Assembly: GCA_029779845.1 (NCBI GenBank)
Contig: JAKOZT010000064.1
Span: 334 to 64,333, forward strand
Length of the DNA stretch: 64,000 bases
Reading direction: 5' to 3'
From: Pseudomonadota bacterium
GTDB taxonomy: Bacteria > Pseudomonadota > Gammaproteobacteria > Burkholderiales > Burkholderiaceae_C
Part shown: one piece after another, positions 19,601 through 26,618 of the stretch
Position numbering within the stretch: the first letter of the stretch is position 1
Layout of the letters: the number at the start of each line of letters is the position of its first letter
The notes under the pieces: model-generated
The model's input: only the letters and a program-made list of their open reading frames with translations
Told to the model about the DNA's origin: nothing
The model's database searches: none
Translations under genes and position numbers: made by a program

Positions 19601-22600
19601 TCGCCGACCACGCCGCCATTCACGCCGGTCAGCCCGAGCGCGGCGAACAGATTCGACAGCGCCAGCGAACGTGCGCTGCCCAGGTCGGCCGTCAGCCGCT
19701 GCACCGCGGCGGAGAGCAGCACACGCGCCTCGGGCAGCACCGGCAGCGCGTCGTCGCCGATCGCGCCGAGCGCCAGCGCCTCCCATGACTGGCCGAACAC
19801 ACGCGCTTCGTGCAGCACCACGCGCGCTTCGCCGGGCGAGCTGCCGTCCAGCGGCAGCGTCAGCACGGCCGACAGCGCGCGCAGTTCCAGTTCGGGCGTG
19901 GCGGCGAGCCAGCCGAGTGCATCGCCGATGCGCAGCTCGATGCGAAGTTCTTGGTCGTGTGCGATGCCTCCCGCGAGTTCGTAGCCGAACAGCCGCAGCT
20001 GCGCGCTGGCGCGGATGCGCAGCGTGCCGCTGTCGTCCTCGGGCAGCGCCCAGCGCAGGCCGGCGTGCACGCCGCTGGGCAGCGCAGCGGCGACGTCCCC
20101 GAACGCGGCACGCTCGGCGGCGCGCGAAGCGATGCCGGCGGCGACGATGGCGGTGAGCGCCTGCGCGATGCGTTCGGCCGGCACATCGCCGAACACCGCC
20201 TGCACCGCCAGCCCGGCGCGCGGCGCTTCGGGCGGCGCCACCGGCGGGCGCAGATCGGCGGCCGGGTCGGCCAGCGGCGCGAGTTCCATCAGCGCGCCGA
20301 CCAGCGCGCGGCCGAGCGCGAGGTCGTCGTTCTCGGTGCTGTCGGCCGGCGGCAGCAGGCGGTCGAGCAGGCGCAGCGCATCGGCGGTGGGCTGCACGCT
20401 GAGCGCGGTCAGCGAGATCGGTGCCAGCGGCGTGCCCAGCAGCACGAGGTCGGTGACGGCGACGCGCGCGGCCGGCTGCACCGCGAGGCGCGCCGCGTGG
20501 CCAGCACCGGCCAGGGCGACGACGGCGATGTCGCTGGCGACTCCCGCCAGCGCATCGAACACGCGGCCCAGGCGCGCGGCCTGCTCGGGCGTGCCGTCCG
20601 TGCTGCTGCCGGCTAACTTGCAATCGGCGCGAGTGCCGAGTGCGACGAACCACTCGCCCGCTTCCACCGCCGGCAGCGTGAACATCGCGGCGTCGAGCCC
20701 GGCGGTGCTGAGGTCGATGAGGCGATCCTCCGGCGCATCGGGCCAGGCGTTCGCGCCGAGCGCGACGTAGACCGTGGTCGTCGGCGTGCGGCCGAGCGCT
20801 TCGGCCAAGTCGAGCTGCCCGAGCAACTGCCCCGCGGCGCAGCCGACGCGCTTCAGCGTGATGCCGGCCGGTGTGCTCGCCGGCGGCGCGATGCGCCCGT
20901 CGCCGGCCAGCCAGCGCTGCGCGATCGAATCGAAGGCGGTCTCCAGCTCGCGCCCTTCGAGCAGCGCACGAAGGTCGGCTGCCACGCTCGCCTCGGCACG
21001 CAGCGCGGCGGCCAGCGCCACGGCCGGCAGGCCCGCATCGCCCGATTGCCAGTTGCGGATCGCATCGGAAGCCGCGCTCGCCAGCGGCGCCAGCCCTTCG
21101 GGCGGGAACCACACGGCGATGTTGGGCAGGCCCTCGGCGAGCGCGAAGTGGTACGGGTCTTCCGGCCGCCCGCTGCCCTCGATCACGCCGCGCGCCGCGC
21201 CCAGCCCGCCGAACGCATCGGCGACCAGCGCCAGCGCGTGCTCGCCCAGCTCGCTCATCGCCAGGCGCGGCAGCCAGTCGCGCAGCGCCGCTTCGGGCGA
21301 ATGGATCAGGTCGCCGAGGCGCAGCCGCGCGACGTTCACGTCGGTGGCCGGCTTCCAGCCCAGCGCGTTGACCAGCTCGGCCAGCGTGCCGCCGATCATG
21401 TCGCCGAGGTAGCCGGCGAGTGCCTCCACGCCGTCCCAGGCTTCGTCGGGCAGCGTGACGCTGCCATCGCTGCCGATGACCGGCAGCGTGATGGGCACAT
21501 TCACATCGGCGAGTTCGAGGCGCAGATGCGGCGCGCTGACCTCGGCCGCGAGCCCGCCCTCGGGCGCCCACGCGAGCCGCAGCCCGACGTGATCGGCAAC
21601 GACCGCCGCCGCATCGCCCAGCGCCAGCCGCGCGCGCTTCGGGTCGGCGCCGCGTTCGCGCGCGGTGAGCGTCGCTTCCACCGCGCCGAGCAGGCTGGCG
21701 CTGCGCGCGGCGAGGTCGATGCGCGCCAGCGCGACGGCGATGCGCGTCTCGACCACGGTGCAGCGCTGGCCGAGCGTGTCGATTTGCGTCGCGGCGCCCA
21801 GGCCGACGTTGAGCACGTCGCCGCTGGCCGACACTTCGAGCGCCAGCGGGCCGATCAGCGGCAGCCGCCACGGCGTGGCCGCGCTGCCGTCGCCGTCGAC
21901 GATGGATACGGCTTCGCTGGCATCGGTGAGCGCGAGGCGCAGCGCCGAGAGCACCTGGCGCGCCGCCGCGTCGTTGGTGACGAGCTGCCGCCAGTAGCCC
22001 ACCACCGCGGCCACCGGGTCGGCCATCAGCGCGGCGAGTGTCACCGCCGGAATGCCGGCGGGGGGCGAGAGCCCGAGCAGCTGCCGCGCCAGCGCGAGCG
22101 CATCGCCCAGGCCGGCGAGCAGTTCGCCCGCGATGTCTTCCACCGCGTTGCCGGCGGCGTCCATCACCGCGTCGGGCGAGGTGAGGTCTAGCGTGGCGTA
22201 GTCGTGCGTGCCGATGCGCACCGCGTCGGCGGCGAGCACGAAGTTCAGGTGCCGCTGCGCGTCGAGCCCGAAGCCCAGGCGCAGCGTGTCGGCGCGCACC
22301 ACGGTGGGCGCGGTGAGGTCGAGGATGCGCGCGCCGCTGCGCCCGGCCGCGGCCCACACGCCCAGGCTGGGCAGCGCGAAGGCCTGGCCGCTGACGAGGT
22401 CGATGCGGAAGATGTCGGCGCGCGCCTCGACGCGCGCCGCGTCGTTGCCGAGTTCGACCGCGAGGCTGGGCGTCAGCAGCGGGTTGCCGCTGGGGCCGCT
22501 GGCCATGCGCAGCGCGAGCGTCAGCTGCGCGACGCCGCCGAGATCGAAGCGCACCGCATCGCCGACGCGCGCGCCGCCCACCAGCGCGGCGAGGTGGCCC

Positions 22601-23463
22601 AGCCAGTCGGCGCGGCTCGCGTCGGCGGTGAGGATGCCGCGCACCCAGTCGGCCAGCGCGAGCGCGCCGCGCACGGGCAAGGTGGTGATCGGGAAATCGG
22701 GCACCGCATCGCCGCTGCGCAGGCCGAGCAGCCCGGCCACCGCGACCAGCGCCGGATGCGCCAGCGCCGCGTCGGCCTGCGCCTTCACCAGCGACATCAC
22801 CAGATCGAGCAGCGCGTCGTCGAGCTGGTCGGCGCCGTTGGCCGAGACGCGCATGTCGCGCGGCGCGGCGGCGCCGGGCAGTTGCAGGCCGGTGAGCGCG
22901 AGGCCGAAGACGGGGCCTTGCGGGTCGGTCGGCGAGGTGGGCAGGTCGACTTCGAGCCCGATGCCGCCCAGGCGCGCCTGCCCCGGCACCGGCGCATTGC
23001 CGTCGATGGTGATCGTGGTGGCGACGCGGATGCGCCCGCCCGCCGAGCCGAGCAGCAGCGGCTGGCTGACCGCCGGCCCGCCCTGCTTGTGCGCGCGAAA
23101 CAGCGGCAGCGCCAGCGTGGTGGTCGAGGCCGGGTCGGTGGTGGCCACGCGCAGCCCCAGGCCGATGTGCAGGCCGTCGCTGCGGCCCTCGTCGATGGTG
23201 ACGGCCACCGCCAGCGGCGGGTCGTCGATCTCGACGATCGGCAGCCAGGTGACGCCGCCTTCGCTGCTGCGATCGGCGCCGCCCATCGCCTCGTCGACGA
23301 AGGCGATCAGCGCCGCGCGCTGCGCCTCGTTGGCGAGCATGTTCTTCAGCGACTCCTCGGGGTGGGCGAACCATCCCTGGTTGGGGTTGCCCGAGGCGTC
23401 GAACAGGCCCAGCGCTTTCGCCAGGTGGCCGAGCACGCCGAGATCGCCGCTGGTCATGCCCAT
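13603..23463 (-). CDS. giant hypothetical protein, 3286 aa, with beta-rich DUF6603-like core
   Basis: Complete track ORF (MGMTSGDLGVLGHLAKALGLFDASGNPNQGWF..) with balanced composition across its whole length. The competing same-strand ORF 13598..23374 is Arg-rich junk. ATG at 23463 has GAGG about 8 nt upstream. The core at about nt 15810-17000 (GGLLKQGVAPNIEYLGMLLGRFAVYGLTVYGGYG..FFLTGIGGGFGINR..GGYHPDF..VTFEVGPIELTFEFGG) resembles Pfam DUF6603 from memory; this is unverified. Confidence 0.85.
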   Translation of the reverse strand: MGMTSGDLGVLGHLAKALGLFDASGNPNQGWFAHPEESLKNMLANEAQRAALIAFVDEAMGGADRSSEGGVTWLPIVEIDDPPLAVAVTIDEGRSDGLHIGLGLRVATTDPASTTTLALPLFRAHKQGGPAVSQPLLLGSAGGRIRVATTITIDGNAPVPGQARLGGIGLEVDLPTSPTDPQGPVFGLALTGLQLPGAAAPRDMRVSANGADQLDDALLDLVMSLVKAQADAALAHPALVAVAGLLGLRSGDAVPDFPITTLPVRGALALADWVRGILTADASRADWLGHLAALVGGARVGDAVRFDLGGVAQLTLALRMASGPSGNPLLTPSLAVELGNDAARVEARADIFRIDLVSGQAFALPSLGVWAAAGRSGARILDLTAPTVVRADTLRLGFGLDAQRHLNFVLAADAVRIGTHDYATLDLTSPDAVMDAAGNAVEDIAGELLAGLGDALALARQLLGLSPPAGIPAVTLAALMADPVAAVVGYWRQLVTNDAAARQVLSALRLALTDASEAVSIVDGDGSAATPWRLPLIGPLALEVSASGDVLNVGLGAATQIDTLGQRCTVVETRIAVALARIDLAARSASLLGAVEATLTARERGADPKRARLALGDAAAVVADHVGLRLAWAPEGGLAAEVSAPHLRLELADVNVPITLPVIGSDGSVTLPDEAWDGVEALAGYLGDMIGGTLAELVNALGWKPATDVNVARLRLGDLIHSPEAALRDWLPRLAMSELGEHALALVADAFGGLGAARGVIEGSGRPEDPYHFALAEGLPNIAVWFPPEGLAPLASAASDAIRNWQSGDAGLPAVALAAALRAEASVAADLRALLEGRELETAFDSIAQRWLAGDGRIAPPASTPAGITLKRVGCAAGQLLGQLDLAEALGRTPTTTVYVALGANAWPDAPEDRLIDLSTAGLDAAMFTLPAVEAGEWFVALGTRADCKLAGSSTDGTPEQAARLGRVFDALAGVASDIAVVALAGAGHAARLAVQPAARVAVTDLVLLGTPLAPISLTALSVQPTADALRLLDRLLPPADSTENDDLALGRALVGALMELAPLADPAADLRPPVAPPEAPRAGLAVQAVFGDVPAERIAQALTAIVAAGIASRAAERAAFGDVAAALPSGVHAGLRWALPEDDSGTLRIRASAQLRLFGYELAGGIAHDQELRIELRIGDALGWLAATPELELRALSAVLTLPLDGSSPGEARVVLHEARVFGQSWEALALGAIGDDALPVLPEARVLLSAAVQRLTADLGSARSLALSNLFAALGLTGVNGGVVGDAVDQLVHDPAGLIRQRLAAAGGQLASAVNALLGPLGASVDLAAHAVHVQGSGTGRFGWAADVSASPAGLTGTLSVGPGTALPTVGGVQLQIALNPFAVDLHWHQSSTRTAIAPLWPAPDGEALARLLAQAAPSLAAHVALELMRRADEEARPLIDAMLDAFGMLAGTAGDAERALRPLPGLLADPAGWLRSAESLAANPLKIQTLFDALRPLMGLTGAPGSPLSIANGVSLAVSADGGGARLLIAVDPSVWAAPGGGGARLSGAIGASLAVGLSGAPRVALEAHLGLDSAEPGRQAVHTRIGNAGVELFLRPASGADIALVPFAGLGGLAAAAEAALPFLLDKLAELPGTPGNLVRTVGDALALRAGTPKAFSAEALRQWAANPVGALTAAVPSITATGLNLIAPILDDFLPAQVSASGDVNELRVAVDDLFTLSWRPASSRVAISVPGIPVPGIETLGLTLAISAAGLDELSVALGPADIDAGGVRLRPFASVAAGLAPAGGRRVMVGLSADDTHHFAARWRLDGGGFDIVASDGALATAVATADPAQVALRIVDIVADLVAAVAMAQQPVKDLLDTEVGDRNVRFLLEGVVLDPADNAQLIDGLFDPATLLARFHRLFTNIAGAGITITIDDFVLAFKQHDDTGTIGLQVGVGDRFALVEGDVSLWLENDARWIDGASGTDDGGLFVGFIPPTLPLRFEPSLVVNGLGLRVGKRSGPLLDAGITLESIALHVFAAITAAGVKGGGAQLQFSNLAVSASGAKGDNGIAQGVMRDTGPTPPKPAFSPALAIQAHDGGAVQVSLTAGDGTGPWWIAIQKGFGPLYLEQIGFGAASPQGRLERISLLMDGSVSMFGLTCAVDDLQITYFVGNNDFFNPGSWSIDLAGLAVSADMAGVSIAGGLLKQGVAPNIEYLGMLLGRFAVYGLTVYGGYGEGEENGQRFTAFFAIGAVNGPIGGPPAFFLTGIGGGFGINRLMRLPSDLAKFGDYPLIQALDIAAKPGEPMAQLRALGNYFPMKKGTFWFAAGLSFNSFALVDGIAVVGVQIGDGLDINLMGLARMALPRPQAAIVSIELALLVRFSSSEGVLWVQGQLTDNSWLLYPDIKLTGGFAYVIWFKGEKAGEFVLTLGGYHPDFHRDGYPVVPRLGLRWSIGDNIVIKAGSYFALTSEALMAGGDFEASAHFGPAWAEVKFGAHGIVYFDPFHYDVMAYARIAAGVTIDTWLFGEITISIHLGARIHVLGPEFRGSVTFEVGPIELTFEFGGDGKEQKQPLAADAFILKYLEAADSGKARPHALMTNTGALPAKGEDSTPDGSSSRPFVVVVEFSMTFTSTVPASRVTRTLAPAAQATSNHAPSRALGVAPMDKANVTPTIVISWRRNGVDQPYPFVDRARPFGRFPVGVWGLPQDPNARKVPKAEMIEALSELDMVCSATPTPGGPEIPYYQVEIGKRKPLPFTRRAVEINAQRNAAKSVSELLAAPTSVDAAFASARDFLASRASPTALAALRGERQAPPRLGTLTEGLEAATPITVPDTAEPPAPKVYDHFVDAPLVVGLLAGATVGIAAAAKVRTTVKGSERAWRTAPPTLAGVEAQRSRSVAAKLVVTDTPAMNGREGGAATLIAAQSVPPSAVAHGATALVARRGTPLAAPLAEFGSALAVGSTLRAARAGASAANSPGAALATGQTVVLKLPNARADAAPEGRRPRLVVTGAPARVVLLAHGGRTIADVLVGPEMQRDNLEIPQGTERIVAIGQGVVQRAGAAAGARIGLAGWHAGMQLPYAGWGSAIGPGCVARSAGERLMPHRERLEAGWVGGAELARGVSTVTTTFSIPARTVLIALDDPAASGEPIEARQLLLGLDGAARALDAAGNERAPVLLAMDNRSVLAYDIVPEGGQGDIRPVVVTIASEQGWSLVGVMASAEVDATGAVALVASRGLDAAMQPFAAMNPAEGAATSRIAWVAPTRSADERATAKARAQGGTAVMALARRMARGSQRTSRGRR

Positions 23464-23473
23464 GGCGGCCGCC

Positions 23474-24097
23474 TCACTTCGGCGCCTTCAGCGTCGACGA
23501 ACCCGAGAAGCGGTGCCGCGCCATCGGCAGGATCTGGATGCCGCGCGCGCTGACCGCCAGCTCCACCGGCACCAGCAGGTTGCCGCGCGCGTCCTTGCCG
23601 GTGGCCGCGGCGATGCCGGTGACCAGGCCCAGCACGCATTGCCACGCAAAGGCCACCAGCGCATCGCCCCAGGCCGCGACCACCACTTCCGACCCGTTCG
23701 GGCGGCGCGCGGTGGCGGCGTACAGGCCGGCCGGCTCGCTGGGCGAGCCGGTGGCGAACAGCACCTCGACGCTCGCCGCGCCGCTCTGGTCGCAGCGCAC
23801 CGGGATGCGCACGCGGATCAGCCCGTCGGCGAGCTTGACGTCGACGCCCGCGATGCCCACCGCCAGCTCGTTCTCGCCCTCGACCCACACCACTTCGCTG
23901 CGCTGGGTGGGGCGGAAGAAGCCGGCGGCGCGGCGCGAGGCCACGCGCAGCAGCTCGACGCTGCGGCCCGCGGCGATGAACACCGGCTCGAAGACATCGC
24001 CCTCGGCCATCTTGCGCGCGGCCAGCGCCGGCAGGCGCTTGGCGCGGCGCTCGGCCTCGACGAATCGCGCGAACTCCGGGGCGACGGTCTCGGTCAA
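23474..24097 (-). CDS. hypothetical protein, 207 aa (first gene of operon)
   Basis: Complete track ORF (MTETVAPEFARFVEAERRAKRL..). The start codon is TTG (plus strand caa at 24095-24097) with AGGAGGG 4 nt upstream. The stop lies 10 nt before the giant gene start. No recognisable domain. Confidence 0.65.
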   Translation of the reverse strand: MTETVAPEFARFVEAERRAKRLPALAARKMAEGDVFEPVFIAAGRSVELLRVASRRAAGFFRPTQRSEVVWVEGENELAVGIAGVDVKLADGLIRVRIPVRCDQSGAASVEVLFATGSPSEPAGLYAATARRPNGSEVVVAAWGDALVAFAWQCVLGLVTGIAAATGKDARGNLLVPVELAVSARGIQILPMARHRFSGSSTLKAPK

Positions 24098-24131
24098 GAA
24101 CCCTCCTCGCCCCGACGGGGCGCGGGGGTTC
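24098..24131 (-). promoter_or_regulatory. two-tier hairpin in the 5' leader that includes the Shine-Dalgarno of the first operon gene
   Basis: Minus-strand RNA reads GAACCC-CCG-CGCCCC-GUC-GGGGCG-AGGA-GGGUUC followed directly by the UUG start. The outer 6-bp and inner 6-bp stems are perfect complements. The SD (AGGAGGG) is partly inside the 3' arm. Confidence 0.45.
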
Positions 24132-24244
24132 CCTCAATCTAGTTCGCCGTCACCACGTCGCCATCCCTAGCTTGCCGCGTCGAGCAAGGTGTTGCCATTG
24201 CTTGCAAAGCACGTGTGCGTGACCGTGCTGCTAGGCTGCGCGCC

Positions 24245-24940
24245 ATGCGCAACCTGATCGACTTCAGTTCCTGGCAGGGCCTGCTGTCGACGCTGCTCGG
24301 GCTGATCCTGGTGACGGCGATCGCGGTGGGCATCCGGCTGCTGGTGATGCAGCGCGTGCAGCAGCGCCGCGAACGCCAGAACCGCCAGATCAACGAGCGG
24401 CTGAAGACGCTGATCGCCGCCTACAAGACCCTCGGGGGCTCCTTCACCGGCGACCTCGCGGTGGACCCGAGCCACCTGCGCGACGTGCGCCTGCGCGGCG
24501 GCGAGGCGGCCGAAGGCGCCGACGGTTCCGAACGCCGCCGCCGCATCCGCGACGCGGTGGAGGCGGCGCTGTCCGACGTGATGCTGCTCGGCACCGCCGA
24601 GCAGGTGCGCCTGGCCGTGCAGGCCGCCGACGACATGGTGGCCGGCCGCCGCATCGAGACCGCCGCGCTGGTGATCTCGCTGCGCGACTTCATCCGCGAA
24701 GTGCTCGAACTCGACGCCGTGCCGGCCGACCTGGCGATGCCCAAGCAGGGGCCGCTGCGCAGCGTGGCGGCGGGTGGGCGTGGCGGGAACGCCGGTGCAG
24801 GTGCGGGAGCACGAGGCGGCGGAGGCGGTGGAGGCGCCGGCACCGGCATGGCCGCCGGCGGGGCGTTGGGGATCGGCGCGGGCCGCGCGGCGCAGGATGC
24901 CGACGATTCGTTGCCGGGTACGCAGACGCGCGAGAACTGA
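24245..24940 (+). CDS. hypothetical membrane protein with Gly-rich C-terminal region
   Basis: Track ORF 24215..24940 begins at a GTG; I prefer the ATG at 24245 (MRNLIDFSSWQ). One clear TM helix (GLLSTLLGLILVTAIAVGIRLLVM). The tail is GGRGGNAGAGAGARGGGGGGGAGTGMAAGG. Confidence 0.6.
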   Translation: MRNLIDFSSWQGLLSTLLGLILVTAIAVGIRLLVMQRVQQRRERQNRQINERLKTLIAAYKTLGGSFTGDLAVDPSHLRDVRLRGGEAAEGADGSERRRRIRDAVEAALSDVMLLGTAEQVRLAVQAADDMVAGRRIETAALVISLRDFIREVLELDAVPADLAMPKQGPLRSVAAGGRGGNAGAGAGARGGGGGGGAGTGMAAGGALGIGAGRAAQDADDSLPGTQTREN

Positions 24941-25052
24941 CCCCCGCGCGCCTTCTTCCTACAGCGCTTGCTCCCCTGCGCCGACGCCGCCCGCGCGTCG
25001 CGGCCCGCACGATCCGCGCAGCGCGCCGCCGGCGCGAACGAAGGAGACGGCG

Positions 25053-25211
25053 ATGAGCCTCGGACTGATCCTGCTGATCGTGCTGCTGCTGATGCTGATC
25101 GGTGCCATCCCCGCCTGGCCCTACAGCCGCGGCTGGGGTTATGGCCCGAGCGGCGGCCTCGGCCTGGTGCTGGTGGTGCTGCTGATCCTCGTGCTGATGG
25201 GGCGCATCTGA
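25053..25211 (+). CDS. DUF3309 family small membrane protein, 52 aa
   Basis: AAGGAG at 25041-25046, then ATG at 25053. MSLGLILLIVLLLMLIGAIPAWPYSRGWGYGPSGGLGLVLVVLLILVLMGRI is the typical DUF3309 pattern. Confidence 0.8.
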   Translation: MSLGLILLIVLLLMLIGAIPAWPYSRGWGYGPSGGLGLVLVVLLILVLMGRI

Positions 25212-25220
25212 CGATTCACG

Positions 25221-25252
25221 CAAAAAGGGCACGCGCCGCAGCGCGCGCCCTT
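25221..25252 (-). terminator. rho-independent-type terminator between convergent genes
   Basis: AAGGGCaCGCG-CCGCAG-CGCGcGCCCTT hairpin at 25225-25252. On the minus strand it is followed by a U-run (complement of AAAAA at 25222-25226), just downstream of the lipoprotein gene stop at 25260. Confidence 0.55.
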
Positions 25253-25259
25253 CGCGGCT

Positions 25260-26618
25260 TCACTGCTTCAGGTCGTCCATGCGGATGACTTCGAAGTTCG
25301 AGCCCTTCACGCTGCCGAGCTGCGACGACAGCGTGCTGTCGTTCCAGCGCGAATCCGGCGCGCCGCTGACGAACCAGTTGCTGCCGTTGTCGGCCACGAA
25401 CATGCCGTAGGTCTTCATCGCCTGCAGGATCGCCTTGACCTCGGTGCTGAAGTTCGCCGGGATCTGGTAGCTCGCCTTCAGGCGCACGCGCATGCCCATC
25501 GGCGGCAGGTTGGCGCTGGTGTTGCTCGACGCGAAGTGCGTCGCCGGCGGCACGTAGGCGCGGCGGCTGTTCTGCACCGTGAAGCGCAGCGCGTGGCGGA
25601 TCACGCCGGCGGAGGCTTCGTCGTAGCGCACCAGGCCGGGGAAGATCGGCAGGCCGGCCGCGTCGGCGCTGGTCCAGCCGGGCTGGCCGCCCGGGCGCAC
25701 GGTGTTGCTGCCGAGGTCGAACACCGCGCCCGAATCGGCCGTCCAGGTGTTGCTCGCCACCGGGTGGGCGACGAACATCTCGTAGAGCCGGTTGTTGCTG
25801 CGGTTGATCACCAGCACGTGGCGGTCGCCCGTTCCGTTCGGGCCGCCTTCGATCGGCGTGTCCTGCGGCACCGGGTAGGGGCCGGGGTCGCTCTCGGAGC
25901 CGTAGGCGGTGAACTTGATCGTCGCGCCCGGCGTCGAGCTGTCGACCACGCGGTACGGGATGCCGATCGGCCCGCCGTTCCAGGTGCCCGAGCCGAAGTC
26001 GGCATGCAGCCCGGTGTTCAGGCCGATGCTGGCGATCAGGTTGGCCGAGTTCGGATCGACCGGCGCGCTGGAGATGTCGGTGTTCCACGGGTTGCCGGCC
26101 GGGAACGGGATCGCGCCGTTCAGGCTGGCGCCCACGCCCAGGCTGGCGCCGGCCAGCGAGCCATAGGTGACGCCGGGGGCCGGCGCCGGGGCAGGTGCAG
26201 GCGAGGGGCTGGGCGCAGGGGTCGGTGCGGGGGTGGGCGCGGGCGCGGGTGCCGGGCTCGGCGCGGGGGCGGACACCTGCACCTGGCAGGTCTTGTCGAC
26301 GCCGGGCGCGGGGTCGCGGCCGAAGAAAGCGTTGGTGCACTTGCCGCTGCCGGTCACGCTCTTGGTCACCCAGCGCGTGTCGGAGCCGTAGCGCACGGTC
26401 TTCGTGCCGCTGACGCGGAACGACTGGTATTCGTTGGCGATGCGCGTCCAGCTGGTGCTGACGGCTTCGGCCTGCTTGCGCGCGTCGGCCGCGTCCGCCG
26501 CTGCGGCTTCGTCGGCGCCGATGTCGGCGCCGTTGCCGCCGCCGCCGCACCCGGCCAGCGCGATGCATGCGAACAGCTCCGCCACGGCCCGCCGGCGGGC
26601 CTTCAATGTCTTCTCCAC
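25260..26618 (-). CDS. hypothetical secreted lipoprotein with Pro/Ala/Ser/Thr linker, 452 aa
   Basis: Distal part of track ORF 25260..26861. GTG at 26618-26616 (VEKTLKARRRAVAELFACIALAGCGGG) has AGGAAAGG upstream and a lipobox LAGC. Linker is APAPSPAPAPAPTPAPTPAPSPSPAPAPAPAP. The C-terminal ~300 aa is well-composed but I do not recognise it. Confidence 0.65.
   Translation of the reverse strand: MEKTLKARRRAVAELFACIALAGCGGGGNGADIGADEAAAADAADARKQAEAVSTSWTRIANEYQSFRVSGTKTVRYGSDTRWVTKSVTGSGKCTNAFFGRDPAPGVDKTCQVQVSAPAPSPAPAPAPTPAPTPAPSPSPAPAPAPAPGVTYGSLAGASLGVGASLNGAIPFPAGNPWNTDISSAPVDPNSANLIASIGLNTGLHADFGSGTWNGGPIGIPYRVVDSSTPGATIKFTAYGSESDPGPYPVPQDTPIEGGPNGTGDRHVLVINRSNNRLYEMFVAHPVASNTWTADSGAVFDLGSNTVRPGGQPGWTSADAAGLPIFPGLVRYDEASAGVIRHALRFTVQNSRRAYVPPATHFASSNTSANLPPMGMRVRLKASYQIPANFSTEVKAILQAMKTYGMFVADNGSNWFVSGAPDSRWNDSTLSSQLGSVKGSNFEVIRMDDLKQ

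Noticed and set aside
13598-23374. 3258-aa ORF on the minus strand in a different frame from the 3286-aa gene, plus long plus-strand ORFs across the same region (13882..19479, 17006..19291, 22204..24142)
   Set aside because: The translations are dominated by Arg/Ala/Gly/Pro runs (for example RRRGDGRRRSQQRRRRHLAADRRDRRP). This is typical of off-frame reading of GC-rich coding DNA. The 13603..23463 frame has balanced composition and recognisable beta-rich sequence.
26170-26270. GC-rich quasi-repetitive DNA (gcaggtgcaggcgaggggctgggcgcaggggtcggtgcggg..)
   Set aside because: On the coding (minus) strand it encodes a Pro/Ala/Ser/Thr linker (APAPSPAPAPAPTPAPTPAPSP..) of the lipoprotein. This is low-complexity coding sequence rather than a regulatory or mobile repeat.
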